Below are positions 51,880 through 61,494 of a stretch of 64,000 bases of DNA, piece after piece. Origin of the DNA: Patescibacteria group bacterium (GTDB lineage: Bacteria; Patescibacteriota; Patescibacteriia; UBA9570). Below the pieces are notes generated by a model. The model did no database searches. It was given only the letters and a program-made list of their open reading frames with translations, and was not told the origin of the DNA. Position 1 is the first letter of the stretch. The number at the start of each line of letters is the position of its first letter. The stretch covers positions 25,747 through 89,746 of the forward strand of contig JAJRVJ010000005.1 in assembly GCA_024277435.1 (NCBI GenBank), in the 5' to 3' direction. A program made the position numbers and the translations under genes.

Positions 51880-53658
51880 TTAATCGGAAATATGTTTCGT
51901 TAAGTAACGACGACGCCAGTTATGATAATGCTTTTCTTTTATTTCTTCTTCCAAGGTTGGGCGGTATAATACATCGATATAATCTTCTACCATGCGCTGA
52001 GCTGAAAAATCCTGCCACACTAAACCAATTGTCTTCTTCATACGCTCAACCCACTCATTCGGTACATTCTTATCATCACGTTTATAAAATATATCTGTCA
52101 TTTCACCTTCAAGTAATTTGTATACATGCTCAGCTGGATTATCAGGATCTAATGTCCAGCCCATACCATCTAAACTTACTTCAGCAACCCAACCATCACT
52201 TACTGAACACTGTAAAATGCCATTGGCTGCCGCTTTCATTCCGCTGGTACCACTAGCCTCCCGGCCATAGATGGGAGTGTTTAACCACACGTCAGAACCA
52301 GATACTAATACATCAGCTAATTTAATATTATAATCTGGTATAAAAATAAAATCATTTTCAAGCCCATTGTCTTTAATGGCTTTCAATATACGCTTAATAA
52401 TTTCATGTCCTAACGTATCCGCTTGATGAGCTTTGCCAGCAATGAGAAATTTAACAGGTTTGTGTGCATGAAAAATAATATCCTTTAAACGCGCAATATC
52501 TTCAAATATTGTTTCCGGACGTTTGTATGACGCAAATCGACGCGCCCATGTAACGATCATGGCATCTGGATTAATTTCTCTACCAGTTCGATATTTTACT
52601 TCATCACGTAAACGATATTTAGCCATGGTATGTAGTCGCCATAACGCATAATTAGGCAGCTCATCAATTTGCTTCACACTAAACTTTGGCGCTTGAGCTT
52701 TAAGATCAGCGCTTACCCAACTAGGCATATGCACACCATTGGTGATACCCTCCATAGTTTTATCTGGCCATACTTCTTTCGCCATCTTGGCGTGCAATTT
52801 ACTTACCGCATTCATTCGAGCAGCCATATTTAATGCCAAGGCAGACATGCTAAATAATTCTGGTTTACCATCTACTTTTCCTTTATCTAAAATATATTCA
52901 ACCGACAACGTAAGGTCTTCTGCGTAGGTTTTAAGATAATGAATTACCAAATCACGCTGAAACACTTCATTGCCAGCTGGTACTAATGTATGATTCGTAA
53001 ATACAATTTTATTATGCGCATATTCATAGGCCTCCTCGAATGTCATATCATACTCTGCCTGATAATGTGCAGTAATTTCAAAAATCGCAAATGCGGAGTG
53101 CCCCTCATTCAAGTGAAATAATGATGGATGAATATGTAAGGTTCGCAGAGCTCGTACCCCACCAATACCAAGAACCATTTCTTGCAAAATACGAGTTTCT
53201 TTATCACCGCCATATAATCGACGAGTAATCAAACGATGCTCGGATGTATTTTCGGGGATATCAGTATCAAGCAGATACAATGAAACATCCCCTTCAATAT
53301 GTTCCCAAATCTGAAAATGCAACAAGTGCTCATCTACCGGAATAGTGATTTTGATCGGCTCTCCATGACTATCTACTACTAAATTAATTGGCGCCGCCGC
53401 AACATTAAGAAGAGGATATTTTTCTTGCTGCCCTTCCTTTTCATCAATAATTTGTTGAAAATATCCTTCTTTATATAAAAGACCCACCGCTACAAACGGC
53501 AACTCCATATCGTTAGCGGCCTTTACAATATCACCCGCTAAAATACCTAAGCCACCAGAATAAATTGGTAAACGATCGTCTAAGCCAAACTCGGCGCTCA
53601 TGTATGCAATAGGATGCTGTCCAAGCGTCCACCGAAATTTTTGTAAGTCCATAACCAT
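51880..53658 (-). CDS. glgP: alpha-glucan (glycogen/maltodextrin) phosphorylase, GT35 family
   Basis: AYMSAEFGLDDRLPIYSGGLGILAGD N-terminus; PLP-site EASGTSGMKAAANG. Confidence 0.9.
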   Translation of the reverse strand: MVMDLQKFRWTLGQHPIAYMSAEFGLDDRLPIYSGGLGILAGDIVKAANDMELPFVAVGLLYKEGYFQQIIDEKEGQQEKYPLLNVAAAPINLVVDSHGEPIKITIPVDEHLLHFQIWEHIEGDVSLYLLDTDIPENTSEHRLITRRLYGGDKETRILQEMVLGIGGVRALRTLHIHPSLFHLNEGHSAFAIFEITAHYQAEYDMTFEEAYEYAHNKIVFTNHTLVPAGNEVFQRDLVIHYLKTYAEDLTLSVEYILDKGKVDGKPELFSMSALALNMAARMNAVSKLHAKMAKEVWPDKTMEGITNGVHMPSWVSADLKAQAPKFSVKQIDELPNYALWRLHTMAKYRLRDEVKYRTGREINPDAMIVTWARRFASYKRPETIFEDIARLKDIIFHAHKPVKFLIAGKAHQADTLGHEIIKRILKAIKDNGLENDFIFIPDYNIKLADVLVSGSDVWLNTPIYGREASGTSGMKAAANGILQCSVSDGWVAEVSLDGMGWTLDPDNPAEHVYKLLEGEMTDIFYKRDDKNVPNEWVERMKKTIGLVWQDFSAQRMVEDYIDVLYRPTLEEEIKEKHYHNWRRRYLTKHISD

Positions 53659-53692
53659 GATGGACTGAGTATAGCACTTTTTTGAAGCTATT

Positions 53693-54049
53693 TCAAGATG
53701 AAGGCAACTGCTTATTACACCAATTGTTAAACATATTGGTAATTGCTAGAAAAGCTGGGATGGTTCCAAGGTCATCTACGTATCCAATAACTGGAAGAAA
53801 TAATTCTGGCACCACATCAATTGGAAATAGTATATACAACAGCATAGCAATTCCGGCTAATACATAAGCGGTTTTTGCTTTACCTGGAACTGCGGTATTT
53901 CGTAAGTATGCCCAAGCAATTGGTAGAGTTTTCCAAAACTCCCACCAGGGTGGTAAAAACTGTTTAATAAAATCATTATCTGTAACAGACTTTTTTTCTG
54001 GTGATTCTTTCGGTTCGCTCTGTACCAATGGCAATTTCTCTTCATTCAT
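53693..54049 (-). CDS. YkvA/DUF1232 family membrane protein
   Basis: FPIDVVPELFLPVIGYVDDLGTIPAFL matches the DUF1232 core motif. Confidence 0.65.
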   Translation of the reverse strand: MNEEKLPLVQSEPKESPEKKSVTDNDFIKQFLPPWWEFWKTLPIAWAYLRNTAVPGKAKTAYVLAGIAMLLYILFPIDVVPELFLPVIGYVDDLGTIPAFLAITNMFNNWCNKQLPSS

Positions 54050-54201
54050 ATATACATTGTAGCACGTTTTAGTACTACCTACTCTCTAACTTCAAGCTGG
54101 ATTGAAGATTAAAGTTACAGCGTAGGTGCCCCGTCTCAACTTTCGTCGATTCGGGGCGCCGCTGGCTTACGCCGGCAGCTCCTTCTAGGAACCTTCGTCT
54201 A

Positions 54202-54666
54202 CTACGTTTCATCATTGCGCAAGATAGGTACGACCTCGCGCTCCACGGCCACAGCCGGGTCCACCATGAGGTCGATGAACCGCGGGTGCCGAGAGCTGGC
54301 TCCGATCCGCTTCTCCCAGTGACTGGCGAAGGCGAAGGGCACGAAGATCGTAATCCAGTAGAGCAGCCAGTCCTCCAGGCAGAACAATAACGCGGCGCCC
54401 AGAGTGTGGACACCGAAGATGCTGTGGAGCAGAACGGCGTAGAAGCCGAACTCCACTAGGTAGCGGAGGATGGTGTAGAGGTACCAAGCTCCGGCCGGCA
54501 CGTACTCCTTCAGGCTGCGCACCCGAGCCACCTCGATGGCCTTGGCCTCTCGCGACTCCCGGATGAGCTGGAAGAGACCCTTGCGGGTCATGGGGATCAA
54601 GATCGCGTACTGCTTAAGGATAATCACGATCTTTGCGAAGATGGTCAGGCTGATGGGATCAACCAT
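54202..54666 (-). CDS. hypothetical polytopic membrane protein in a GC-rich patch
   Basis: ORF MVDPISLTIFAKIVIILKQYAILIPM... with 4 TM helices; DNA roughly 58% GC. The overlapping ORFs 54075..54413 and 54212..54487 are spurious alternate frames. Confidence 0.4.
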   Translation of the reverse strand: MVDPISLTIFAKIVIILKQYAILIPMTRKGLFQLIRESREAKAIEVARVRSLKEYVPAGAWYLYTILRYLVEFGFYAVLLHSIFGVHTLGAALLFCLEDWLLYWITIFVPFAFASHWEKRIGASSRHPRFIDLMVDPAVAVEREVVPILRNDET

Positions 54667-54863
54667 AGGTCTCAGGTCCTTCAGGCACATACTCAGCGAC
54701 TGTGCCTATTAGGTTGGCGGGGGTGAATGAACAGTATGTCTTGAGTGTGTCTTACGACCCGTAGGGCTACGTGCACACTTAAAGACAGAACAGTATACTT
54801 AATAAGTGATCATTTGTCAATCCTTATGTACAAAAAACCATAATATATGGTAAACATATCTAT

Positions 54864-55532
54864 ATGAGCAAAACGAAACCTAGCAATCGAGGTAAAACTG
54901 AACGCTTCGCAAAAATACAAGAATTCTCTAATGTTCTTCATTTTGGAGCTTCAACAAAGGGTAAGTGGAATAAAAAGGTGTTCAATAATACAAACCCAAT
55001 TATTCTTGAATTAGCATGCGGCAAAGGTGAATATACCGTAGAGATGGCCCGCAGATTTCCTGATAAAAATTTTGTTGGTATAGATATAAAAGGAGAGCGT
55101 ATATACATTGGCGCAAAACAAGCGCTAGAAGAGAACCTAATGAATGTGAGATTTCTTCGTACAAAGATTGAAGATTTAGCTAAATACTTCAAAAAAAACG
55201 AAGTGTCAGAAATTTGGATTACCTTCCCCGATCCATTTCCAAAGATGAAGCAAATGAAACATCGGCTTACAGCACCAAGCTTCATGACTATGTATACAAA
55301 TATATTAAAGCCAAAGGGCTTACTGCATTTAAAAACCGACGCCGGACATTTACATCATTATACAATTGGAACAATGCAGGCTGCTGATTTTAAAATTCGT
55401 AAGATGTCTGAAAACATATACGCGCAAGATACGCTCGCTCATCCCCTACTGGATATTAAAACCAACTTTGAAAATAAGCATTTAGCCGCTGGGAAAAAAA
55501 TTTATTATGTACGTGGTGAAAATCGCAAGTAA
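54864..55532 (+). CDS. trmB: tRNA (guanine46-N7)-methyltransferase TrmB
   Basis: ILELACGKGEYTVEMARRFPDKNFVGIDIKGERI; WITFPDPFPK. Confidence 0.85.
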   Translation: MSKTKPSNRGKTERFAKIQEFSNVLHFGASTKGKWNKKVFNNTNPIILELACGKGEYTVEMARRFPDKNFVGIDIKGERIYIGAKQALEENLMNVRFLRTKIEDLAKYFKKNEVSEIWITFPDPFPKMKQMKHRLTAPSFMTMYTNILKPKGLLHLKTDAGHLHHYTIGTMQAADFKIRKMSENIYAQDTLAHPLLDIKTNFENKHLAAGKKIYYVRGENRK

Positions 55533-55535
55533 TGC

Positions 55536-56189
55536 TTACGACAAATAATGCAGCATCAACCAAAAGTGACAGAAGCTTCCAGTAATCACAAATAAGTGAA
55601 AAATTTCATGGTACCCAAATACTTTTATTGGCGGAAGGATTTTTTCGAATACATAAAAAATAACACCGGCCGTATAAATTACACCGCCTAAGGCCAACCA
55701 TGTCATGGCTCCAGGTTCCAACGTAGCTCGTAATGGAATATAGGCAATCATCACAATCCAACCCATTACTACATACATTACAGAATATACCCAAATTGGC
55801 ACTGGGATACTACTTACTTTCAAGTACATCCCTAGGAAAGCCAATCCCCAACTAATTCCAAATATTGTCCAACCCCAGGTACCACGCAAAGCTACTAGAC
55901 TAATAGGTGTATAGGTTGCTGCGATCAACACAAAAATCATCGCAAAATCCATTTTACGCAAAAATGCTTTAGCTCTATGTAGCTGTGGTGAAACTAAATG
56001 ATAAATCGCACTAGCGGTATACAGTAATATTAAACCAGATCCAAAAATAGACACCGTAGTTACTTTACGATCCGATTCATATAAAGCTGCGTAGACAATC
56101 ATAATAATCAAAGCTGCAATAGCTAACCCAATACCAATAGCATGTAACACGCCGCTCATAATATCGTTACTACGATGAGAATTACTCAT
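55536..56189 (-). CDS. hemolysin III / PAQR family channel protein
   Basis: 217 aa, 7 TM helices; SAIYH and GYHEIFHLFV motifs. Confidence 0.8.
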   Translation of the reverse strand: MSNSHRSNDIMSGVLHAIGIGLAIAALIIMIVYAALYESDRKVTTVSIFGSGLILLYTASAIYHLVSPQLHRAKAFLRKMDFAMIFVLIAATYTPISLVALRGTWGWTIFGISWGLAFLGMYLKVSSIPVPIWVYSVMYVVMGWIVMIAYIPLRATLEPGAMTWLALGGVIYTAGVIFYVFEKILPPIKVFGYHEIFHLFVITGSFCHFWLMLHYLS

Positions 56190-56304
56190 AGTTACTACCT
56201 TACAAGAATACCATCCATTTTAGCAATGATACCCTCAATTGACATAGCGCTCTAATAGAGTAAGCTGTGTGCACCCACATTGGGACCACCTCAGGAGAAA
56301 AAAC

Positions 56305-56457
56305 ATGCGTGACTCACGCGTTCAAATATTGGTAGCGGTACTGGCGATCGGCGTACTGGCGTACTTCGGCTACATCAGCGTCAAATCGATCAGCTTCGTG
56401 GAAATGGCCGCCGAGGCCATGAACATCTCCAATCCCACTGCAGATCTGGAGGAGTAA
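56305..56457 (+). CDS. possible small membrane protein (50 aa) in a GC-rich patch
   Basis: GGAG 8 nt upstream of ATG 56305; MRDSRVQILVAVLAIGVLAYFGYISVKSISFVEMAAEAMNISNPTADLEE has one TM helix. Confidence 0.3.
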   Translation: MRDSRVQILVAVLAIGVLAYFGYISVKSISFVEMAAEAMNISNPTADLEE

Positions 56458-56644
56458 TGAAGCAGGAGGAACTTCCACCCCGAGCACGACCAACGTCGGC
56501 TCGGGGTGCGCTCATGTATACACGTACCTTATTCCGAAATTTATAGCTCGCTTTCATTTATAATACACTACTGGACAAATTACCCAAAAAACTGTACAGT
56601 ATACCTCATCTTTGGAGGATATTAATATATAATTTTAAATACTC

Positions 56645-57178
56645 ATGACTAATATTTGGCACGACTTAAAGCCTGGAAACAATGCTCCAGAAGAAGTAAA
56701 TGTGGTTATTGAAGTACCACAAGGTTCACAAAATAAATATGAATTCGACAAAGTTAGTGGTTTAGTAAAGCTCGATCGCGTACTATTTTCTTCAGTACAT
56801 TATCCAGCTGATTATGGAATGATTCCACAAACCTATGCTCCTGATGGCGATCCATTAGATGCTCTGGTACTTGTTACCAACCCAACGATGCCTGGCGTAC
56901 TTATTGAGGCTCGTGCACTTGGTGTAATGAAAATGATTGATAATGGCGAACAAGATGATAAACTACTATGCGTACCAATCAATGATGTACGTTTTGAACA
57001 CATGAAAGATTTAAAGGATGTTCCTCAACGTATCATAGATGAAATTACCAACTTCTTTGAAACATACAAAATTCTCGAAAAAAAAGAAGTAAAAATCACT
57101 GACTGGCTTGACGCTAAAGCCGCCAAAGAAATTATCTTAGAATCCATTCAAGGATATAAAGATAAGTTTGGTAAATAA
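56645..57178 (+). CDS. ppa: inorganic pyrophosphatase (family I)
   Basis: 177 aa; NVVIEVPQGSQNKYEFD; DGDPLDALVL. Confidence 0.95.
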   Translation: MTNIWHDLKPGNNAPEEVNVVIEVPQGSQNKYEFDKVSGLVKLDRVLFSSVHYPADYGMIPQTYAPDGDPLDALVLVTNPTMPGVLIEARALGVMKMIDNGEQDDKLLCVPINDVRFEHMKDLKDVPQRIIDEITNFFETYKILEKKEVKITDWLDAKAAKEIILESIQGYKDKFGK

Positions 57179-57213
57179 ACCAGCACCTACATAACGCATA
57201 GATGCTGTATAAT

Positions 57214-57245
57214 AACCCCAGTTAATACCTGGGGTTATTTTTTAT
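57214..57245 (+). terminator. rho-independent terminator of ppa
   Basis: AACCCCAG-uuaauac-CUGGGGUU followed by AUUUUUUAU. Confidence 0.65.
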
Positions 57246-57255
57246 ACCATCCATT

Positions 57256-58538
57256 ATGCCTATAAATCATTCAAACATTCTTGCGCTGTGCTCAGATTGG
57301 TACTACACCTACCTGAATAATAAATTTAAGCATAGCACAACGTATAACCTTACCGTTGTAAAAAGCTCAGAGATCACACAAATTGGTATTGAAAAATTTA
57401 TCGATGCAACAATAACCGGCATTCAGAATAACACAACCCCCTACCAAGGTATTATTGCTACCAATTCACTAGTAGCTGCTATCGCCGCAGTTATTACGAA
57501 ACGCACAGGATTAATCGGCCCGAGCCCAGAGGCTGTATTGCGTTGCCAAAATAAATATATTTCCCGCATGATACAAAAAGAATGTGTGCCAAATAACACA
57601 CCAGATTTTATTGTGAGCTCAGAGTACTTCAAAGATTCATCACAAGCGCCAGCTTTCCCATTATTTATCAAACCAGTTAAGTCACATCTATCACTGTGCT
57701 CGTATCTCGTTAAAAATGATGCCGATTTACGAAAAAAATACATGAATCAACCCCTATCGTTGAAGAAGCTAATGTAGCATATTCTGAACTACAAGGCCTG
57801 CAATATACGAACCAGCCCAATCAACATCGCTTTAATGAATTTATTTGCGAACAAGTATTAGAAGGTGAACAAATTACGATTGATGGCTATGTATATAATG
57901 GTAACGTACAATTTTTTGGTATTACAAAATCTGTGTTCATACCAGATACCATTAGTTTTGACCGATTTGAATACCCGTACCAACTCCCTATCGCCATGCA
58001 AAAAATTATTGAACAATCCTCTCGCAATCTTATCACTGGGATTGGTTTAAATAACAGCTTGTTCAATATTGAGTATAAATTAAATATTAATGATAACACC
58101 GCGCACATCATTGAAATAAATAGTCGATTGAGTTCTCAATTTGCTGTACTCATAGAATCGGTTACTGGACAAAATCCACTTACCAGTATTTGTGATATTA
58201 GTGTAGGTGCACAACCAAGCTTTCAAGATGATTGGTCTAGTACACCATATAATTACTGTACTTCATTTGTATCGCGTGTGTTTGAAAATAAATATATCAC
58301 TAAAATACCATTAGCTACAGAAATTGATGCATTGCAGCACAGGTATCCTAGTGCACAAATTCATAATCTTATAGAGAAACCCAATGCGTACCTTTCAGAT
58401 TATGAGCAAGATAATGATACATATCGTTATGCAATTATTAATGTTGCAGGCGCTACTCTTGAAGAAGTGAATGTAATACACACACAAGTACACACAGAAC
58501 TCGATGCACTTTATGAATTCCAGCCAGCCAAACAGTAG
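57256..58538 (+). CDS. ATP-grasp family ligase, interrupted by a -1 frameshift at an A7 homopolymer (57732-57738); ORFs 57256..57777 and 57720..58538
   Basis: The N-half has PLFIKPVKS; the C-half has IIEINSRLS (ATP-grasp E-x-N-x-R). The second frame is open from 57720 and reads ...KKIHESTPIVEEANVAYSELQGLQYTNQPNQHRFNEFICEQVLEGEQITIDGYVYNG... An A8 run instead of A7 would fuse the two frames. Confidence 0.55.
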
Positions 58539-58585
58539 GTAATTTTCATGATATACTACTCATAATACAATATGTACCATTATTT

Positions 58586-59500
58586 ATGAACTGGCTAGTC
58601 ATCGTATCCATCGGACATCTCCTAAGTGCGGTTTCGCTTATCTTAAGCAAAGCGCTGCTTAGTGACAAACTGAATAACCCAGTAGTATTTGCATTTTGGG
58701 TAAGCGCATTTGGCCTCATTACACTTGCGGCCATTCCTTTTGGCGTGGTTATACCATCCGCTACAGAATTACTACTGAATTTTATAACTGGCGCAGCATT
58801 TACATTTGCGGTACTACTATTATTTGAAGCCCTAATTAAGGGCGAAGCCTCACGCATTGTCCCATTAGTTGGCGGCGTAATCCCTATCGTGAGCCTGTTA
58901 TTAGAGCGCCTACTGCTAGGAGCTCAGTTAAACATGTGGCAATTAGCTGCCTTTGGAATATTAGTACTCGGTTCAATAGTTATCACCTACGAACCACGTA
59001 AGCCCGGATTTAGTAAGCCAGAAAATCATCGCAAATACATTCTTTTTGGCATTGCTGCTGGTTGCTTATATGGCTTATCATTTGCTCTTACAAAACTCGC
59101 TTTCGAAACACAACCGTTTGTAAGTGCCTTTGTGTGGATGCGTATTGGGGGCTTTATGGCCGCGTCATCGCTACTACTCCCTCGTAAATTCCGATCCCAT
59201 TTGTACGATTCAGCTATGGTATTAAAAACCAAGGTTGGTTTTCTCTTTTTAAGCTCGCAGGTATTTGGTGGAGCTGGTTTTATTCTTGTAAATTTTTCTA
59301 TCACCCTAGCTTCGGTAGCACTTGTAAACGCTATGCAGGGAGTACAATATATATTCTTAATGCTAATGGCTGTTATTGCATCAATTAAATTTCCTAAACT
59401 AGTTCAAGAAAATTTACGACGTGAATCGTTGGTATTTAAAATAGTAGGAACCATTATTATTTCCGGGGGCATTTATATTATTGCCCAGACTGCGCTATAA
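58586..59500 (+). CDS. DMT-superfamily (EamA-like) membrane transporter, 10 TM
   Basis: 304 aa; two 5-TM halves; hydrophobicity pattern only. Confidence 0.45.
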   Translation: MNWLVIVSIGHLLSAVSLILSKALLSDKLNNPVVFAFWVSAFGLITLAAIPFGVVIPSATELLLNFITGAAFTFAVLLLFEALIKGEASRIVPLVGGVIPIVSLLLERLLLGAQLNMWQLAAFGILVLGSIVITYEPRKPGFSKPENHRKYILFGIAAGCLYGLSFALTKLAFETQPFVSAFVWMRIGGFMAASSLLLPRKFRSHLYDSAMVLKTKVGFLFLSSQVFGGAGFILVNFSITLASVALVNAMQGVQYIFLMLMAVIASIKFPKLVQENLRRESLVFKIVGTIIISGGIYIIAQTAL

Positions 59501-59501
59501 G

Positions 59502-61169
59502 TTAAAGTGCGTATATCCGTATGTCATCATCTTGAAATACTGGTTCAATCTGCTGAAGCTCTCGTTTCGTTATAATATAGTTTACTCCCAGTTCACGTAA
59601 AAAATTACGGTCGGTTATTTTTGCGTTAAGAATATTACGATGTGATTTCATTTTTTTGGCATGCAACTTAATATTCTGATAATAACTTTCGAAATACATT
59701 GAATCGTATCCAAAGATTGAACGAATGCCATAAAGGCTGTATAAATTAAGCGGCGATATTTCTGAATACACTAAAGGTTGCTCAATATCTTGTTCTCGCA
59801 AATAGGTTACATACGCCGGTGGATTAAGTAGCGGCTCAGGATCTTGCTGTGGCGTAAACCCGCCAAATACCATCCACTGATTCATAAATGCGATAGCTAT
59901 AATACCAGCCGTATACCACGGTTTCCATAATCGAGTTGTAATTAAGTGTTGTAATACTAATGCGGCCAATATGATTAATGCAAAATCAACAATAAATATA
60001 GCCCTGAATGGTGGGAAGCTATTTATAAATTCTATTGGCCATGTAGTAGGAACCATCATGTATCCTAAGCCAGTGACCGCTACAGCCAACCAAAATATAT
60101 ATGGTGACCAATTAATATCTTTTACACGCCTGATAGCCAGCACTACTCCAATACCAATAAGTACTAATGGTAGTATGCCAATATAGCCAGCACTTTCTAA
60201 ATAATTAAGCGGCCCAGCATAGTCCTGGTAACTACCCCATGCATTTGGATAAATGAACTGTAATAAATTTTGAAGTTGCAAATAACTAGTATCACTTAAA
60301 CCTGTACGATGACTAAGTGAGATAGCTTGTACAAATGGTGTTATCACAAAAAGTACCGCAACCATATTTACTAGAGCAGTAATACCAACCAGCATCCAAT
60401 TTCGCAACGAATTCTTTATTTTATCAGCAAGCACTGGATGTATTAATGGTAAGAAAAAGATATAGAGAAATACTACTCCCATACCATAAAGATAAAATTG
60501 CAGGTGTCCAGCCGTTAAGCTAATGTACTGCGCAATAGTAAATACTACTAACCAAATTGGATTATGCGTTTGTCGATAATAACTAATAGCTGCCAACATC
60601 AATGGAAGCATAGCGATGGCACCAGATATTGTTCCCCAAGCCATCCATCCCAGAAGTGGCGCACTGAGTTGAAAAACAACTCCGCCAAATATAGCCACGC
60701 CTACATCCAATTTCATGCTACGCAAAAATGCATACATACCTACTCCACTTAGTAAGCAATAGACAACAATAATAAATGAAAAGAACGCTAGCGAACTATT
60801 AAATAAGGGTATGAATACATTAAGTGGAGACCATAGAGTAGATTGACCACTAGCAGCCATATTTAAACCTTGAGAATCCCCAGCAAAAATATATGGATTC
60901 ACTACCACGCTATCCCCCTCTTTATATGCAGTAAACATTACGTGAGCATTTGGATATAGCTGCACAACTGAATCTCTAATTAATGGATTCTCCCCTTCTT
61001 TAGGTTCATCCAATAAATAATCGTGCGCCAAATCTGTTGGTAACGGTACTTTTCCCTGAAATATGGTTGGAAACAATACAAATATTGTTGTACTACAAAA
61101 AAATGCTATGGCTATGATATATGATTTGCGCTTCAAGAGTTCTTTCACAATATGATAAGTATACCACAT
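59502..61169 (-). CDS. large polytopic membrane protein; putative GT-C-type glycosyltransferase (YfhO/ArnT-like)
   Basis: About 555 aa with 12 or more TM helices. Start taken at ATG 61167-61169, preceded by GGAG (MWYTYHIV...). Family call from architecture only. Confidence 0.35.
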   Translation of the reverse strand: MWYTYHIVKELLKRKSYIIAIAFFCSTTIFVLFPTIFQGKVPLPTDLAHDYLLDEPKEGENPLIRDSVVQLYPNAHVMFTAYKEGDSVVVNPYIFAGDSQGLNMAASGQSTLWSPLNVFIPLFNSSLAFFSFIIVVYCLLSGVGMYAFLRSMKLDVGVAIFGGVVFQLSAPLLGWMAWGTISGAIAMLPLMLAAISYYRQTHNPIWLVVFTIAQYISLTAGHLQFYLYGMGVVFLYIFFLPLIHPVLADKIKNSLRNWMLVGITALVNMVAVLFVITPFVQAISLSHRTGLSDTSYLQLQNLLQFIYPNAWGSYQDYAGPLNYLESAGYIGILPLVLIGIGVVLAIRRVKDINWSPYIFWLAVAVTGLGYMMVPTTWPIEFINSFPPFRAIFIVDFALIILAALVLQHLITTRLWKPWYTAGIIAIAFMNQWMVFGGFTPQQDPEPLLNPPAYVTYLREQDIEQPLVYSEISPLNLYSLYGIRSIFGYDSMYFESYYQNIKLHAKKMKSHRNILNAKITDRNFLRELGVNYIITKRELQQIEPVFQDDDIRIYAL

Positions 61170-61444
61170 GAAAGCACTCCTCAAGTACAGCGGGGTCGAT
61201 CAGCAAAAAGCGAACCAGATCGCCAGGTTGAAGGTAATGTAGACGCAGACGGTGAGGAGTGGAAAGCGCAGCATGTCGATACCTCTTATTGAGAGATGAA
61301 GTAGGAAGAGCTGATGAAACAGCCCAAAATTGAACCATTAGAACAATTATGCATTAAGTTATAATTATACTAATGGTTCAGGGCTGAGTTTTTAATAAAA
61401 GAGCAAAACATGTTATTTTCATAAAAAAACAACGCATCGTGCTA

Positions 61445-61476
61445 CCAAAAAAGACCCTCTTTGTCAAGGGCCTTTT
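61445..61476 (-). terminator. putative rho-independent terminator of the VKOR-like gene
   Basis: On the minus strand: GGCCCU-ugacaaag-AGGGUC followed by UUUUUUGG. Confidence 0.4.
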
Positions 61477-61494
61477 GGCGGATATCTAATAGAA

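Noticed and set aside
54075-54487. ORFs 54075..54413 and 54212..54487 (Arg/Pro/Gly-rich)
   Set aside because: Alternate frames of the GC-rich membrane-protein gene 54202..54666. The TM-helix pattern supports the 54202 frame; the other two are compositional artefacts.
56458-56644. GGAGG motif 27 nt upstream of the ppa start, as a ribosome-binding site
   Set aside because: It is too far from the ATG to act as a Shine-Dalgarno sequence; most genes in this window lack obvious SD sequences anyway.
61093-61338. ORF 61093..61338 (81 aa) overlapping the start of the large membrane-protein gene
   Set aside because: It sits in a different frame from both the membrane-protein gene and the better-supported 24-aa SD-preceded ORF, and has no start context; it is probably an artefact of the GC-rich patch.
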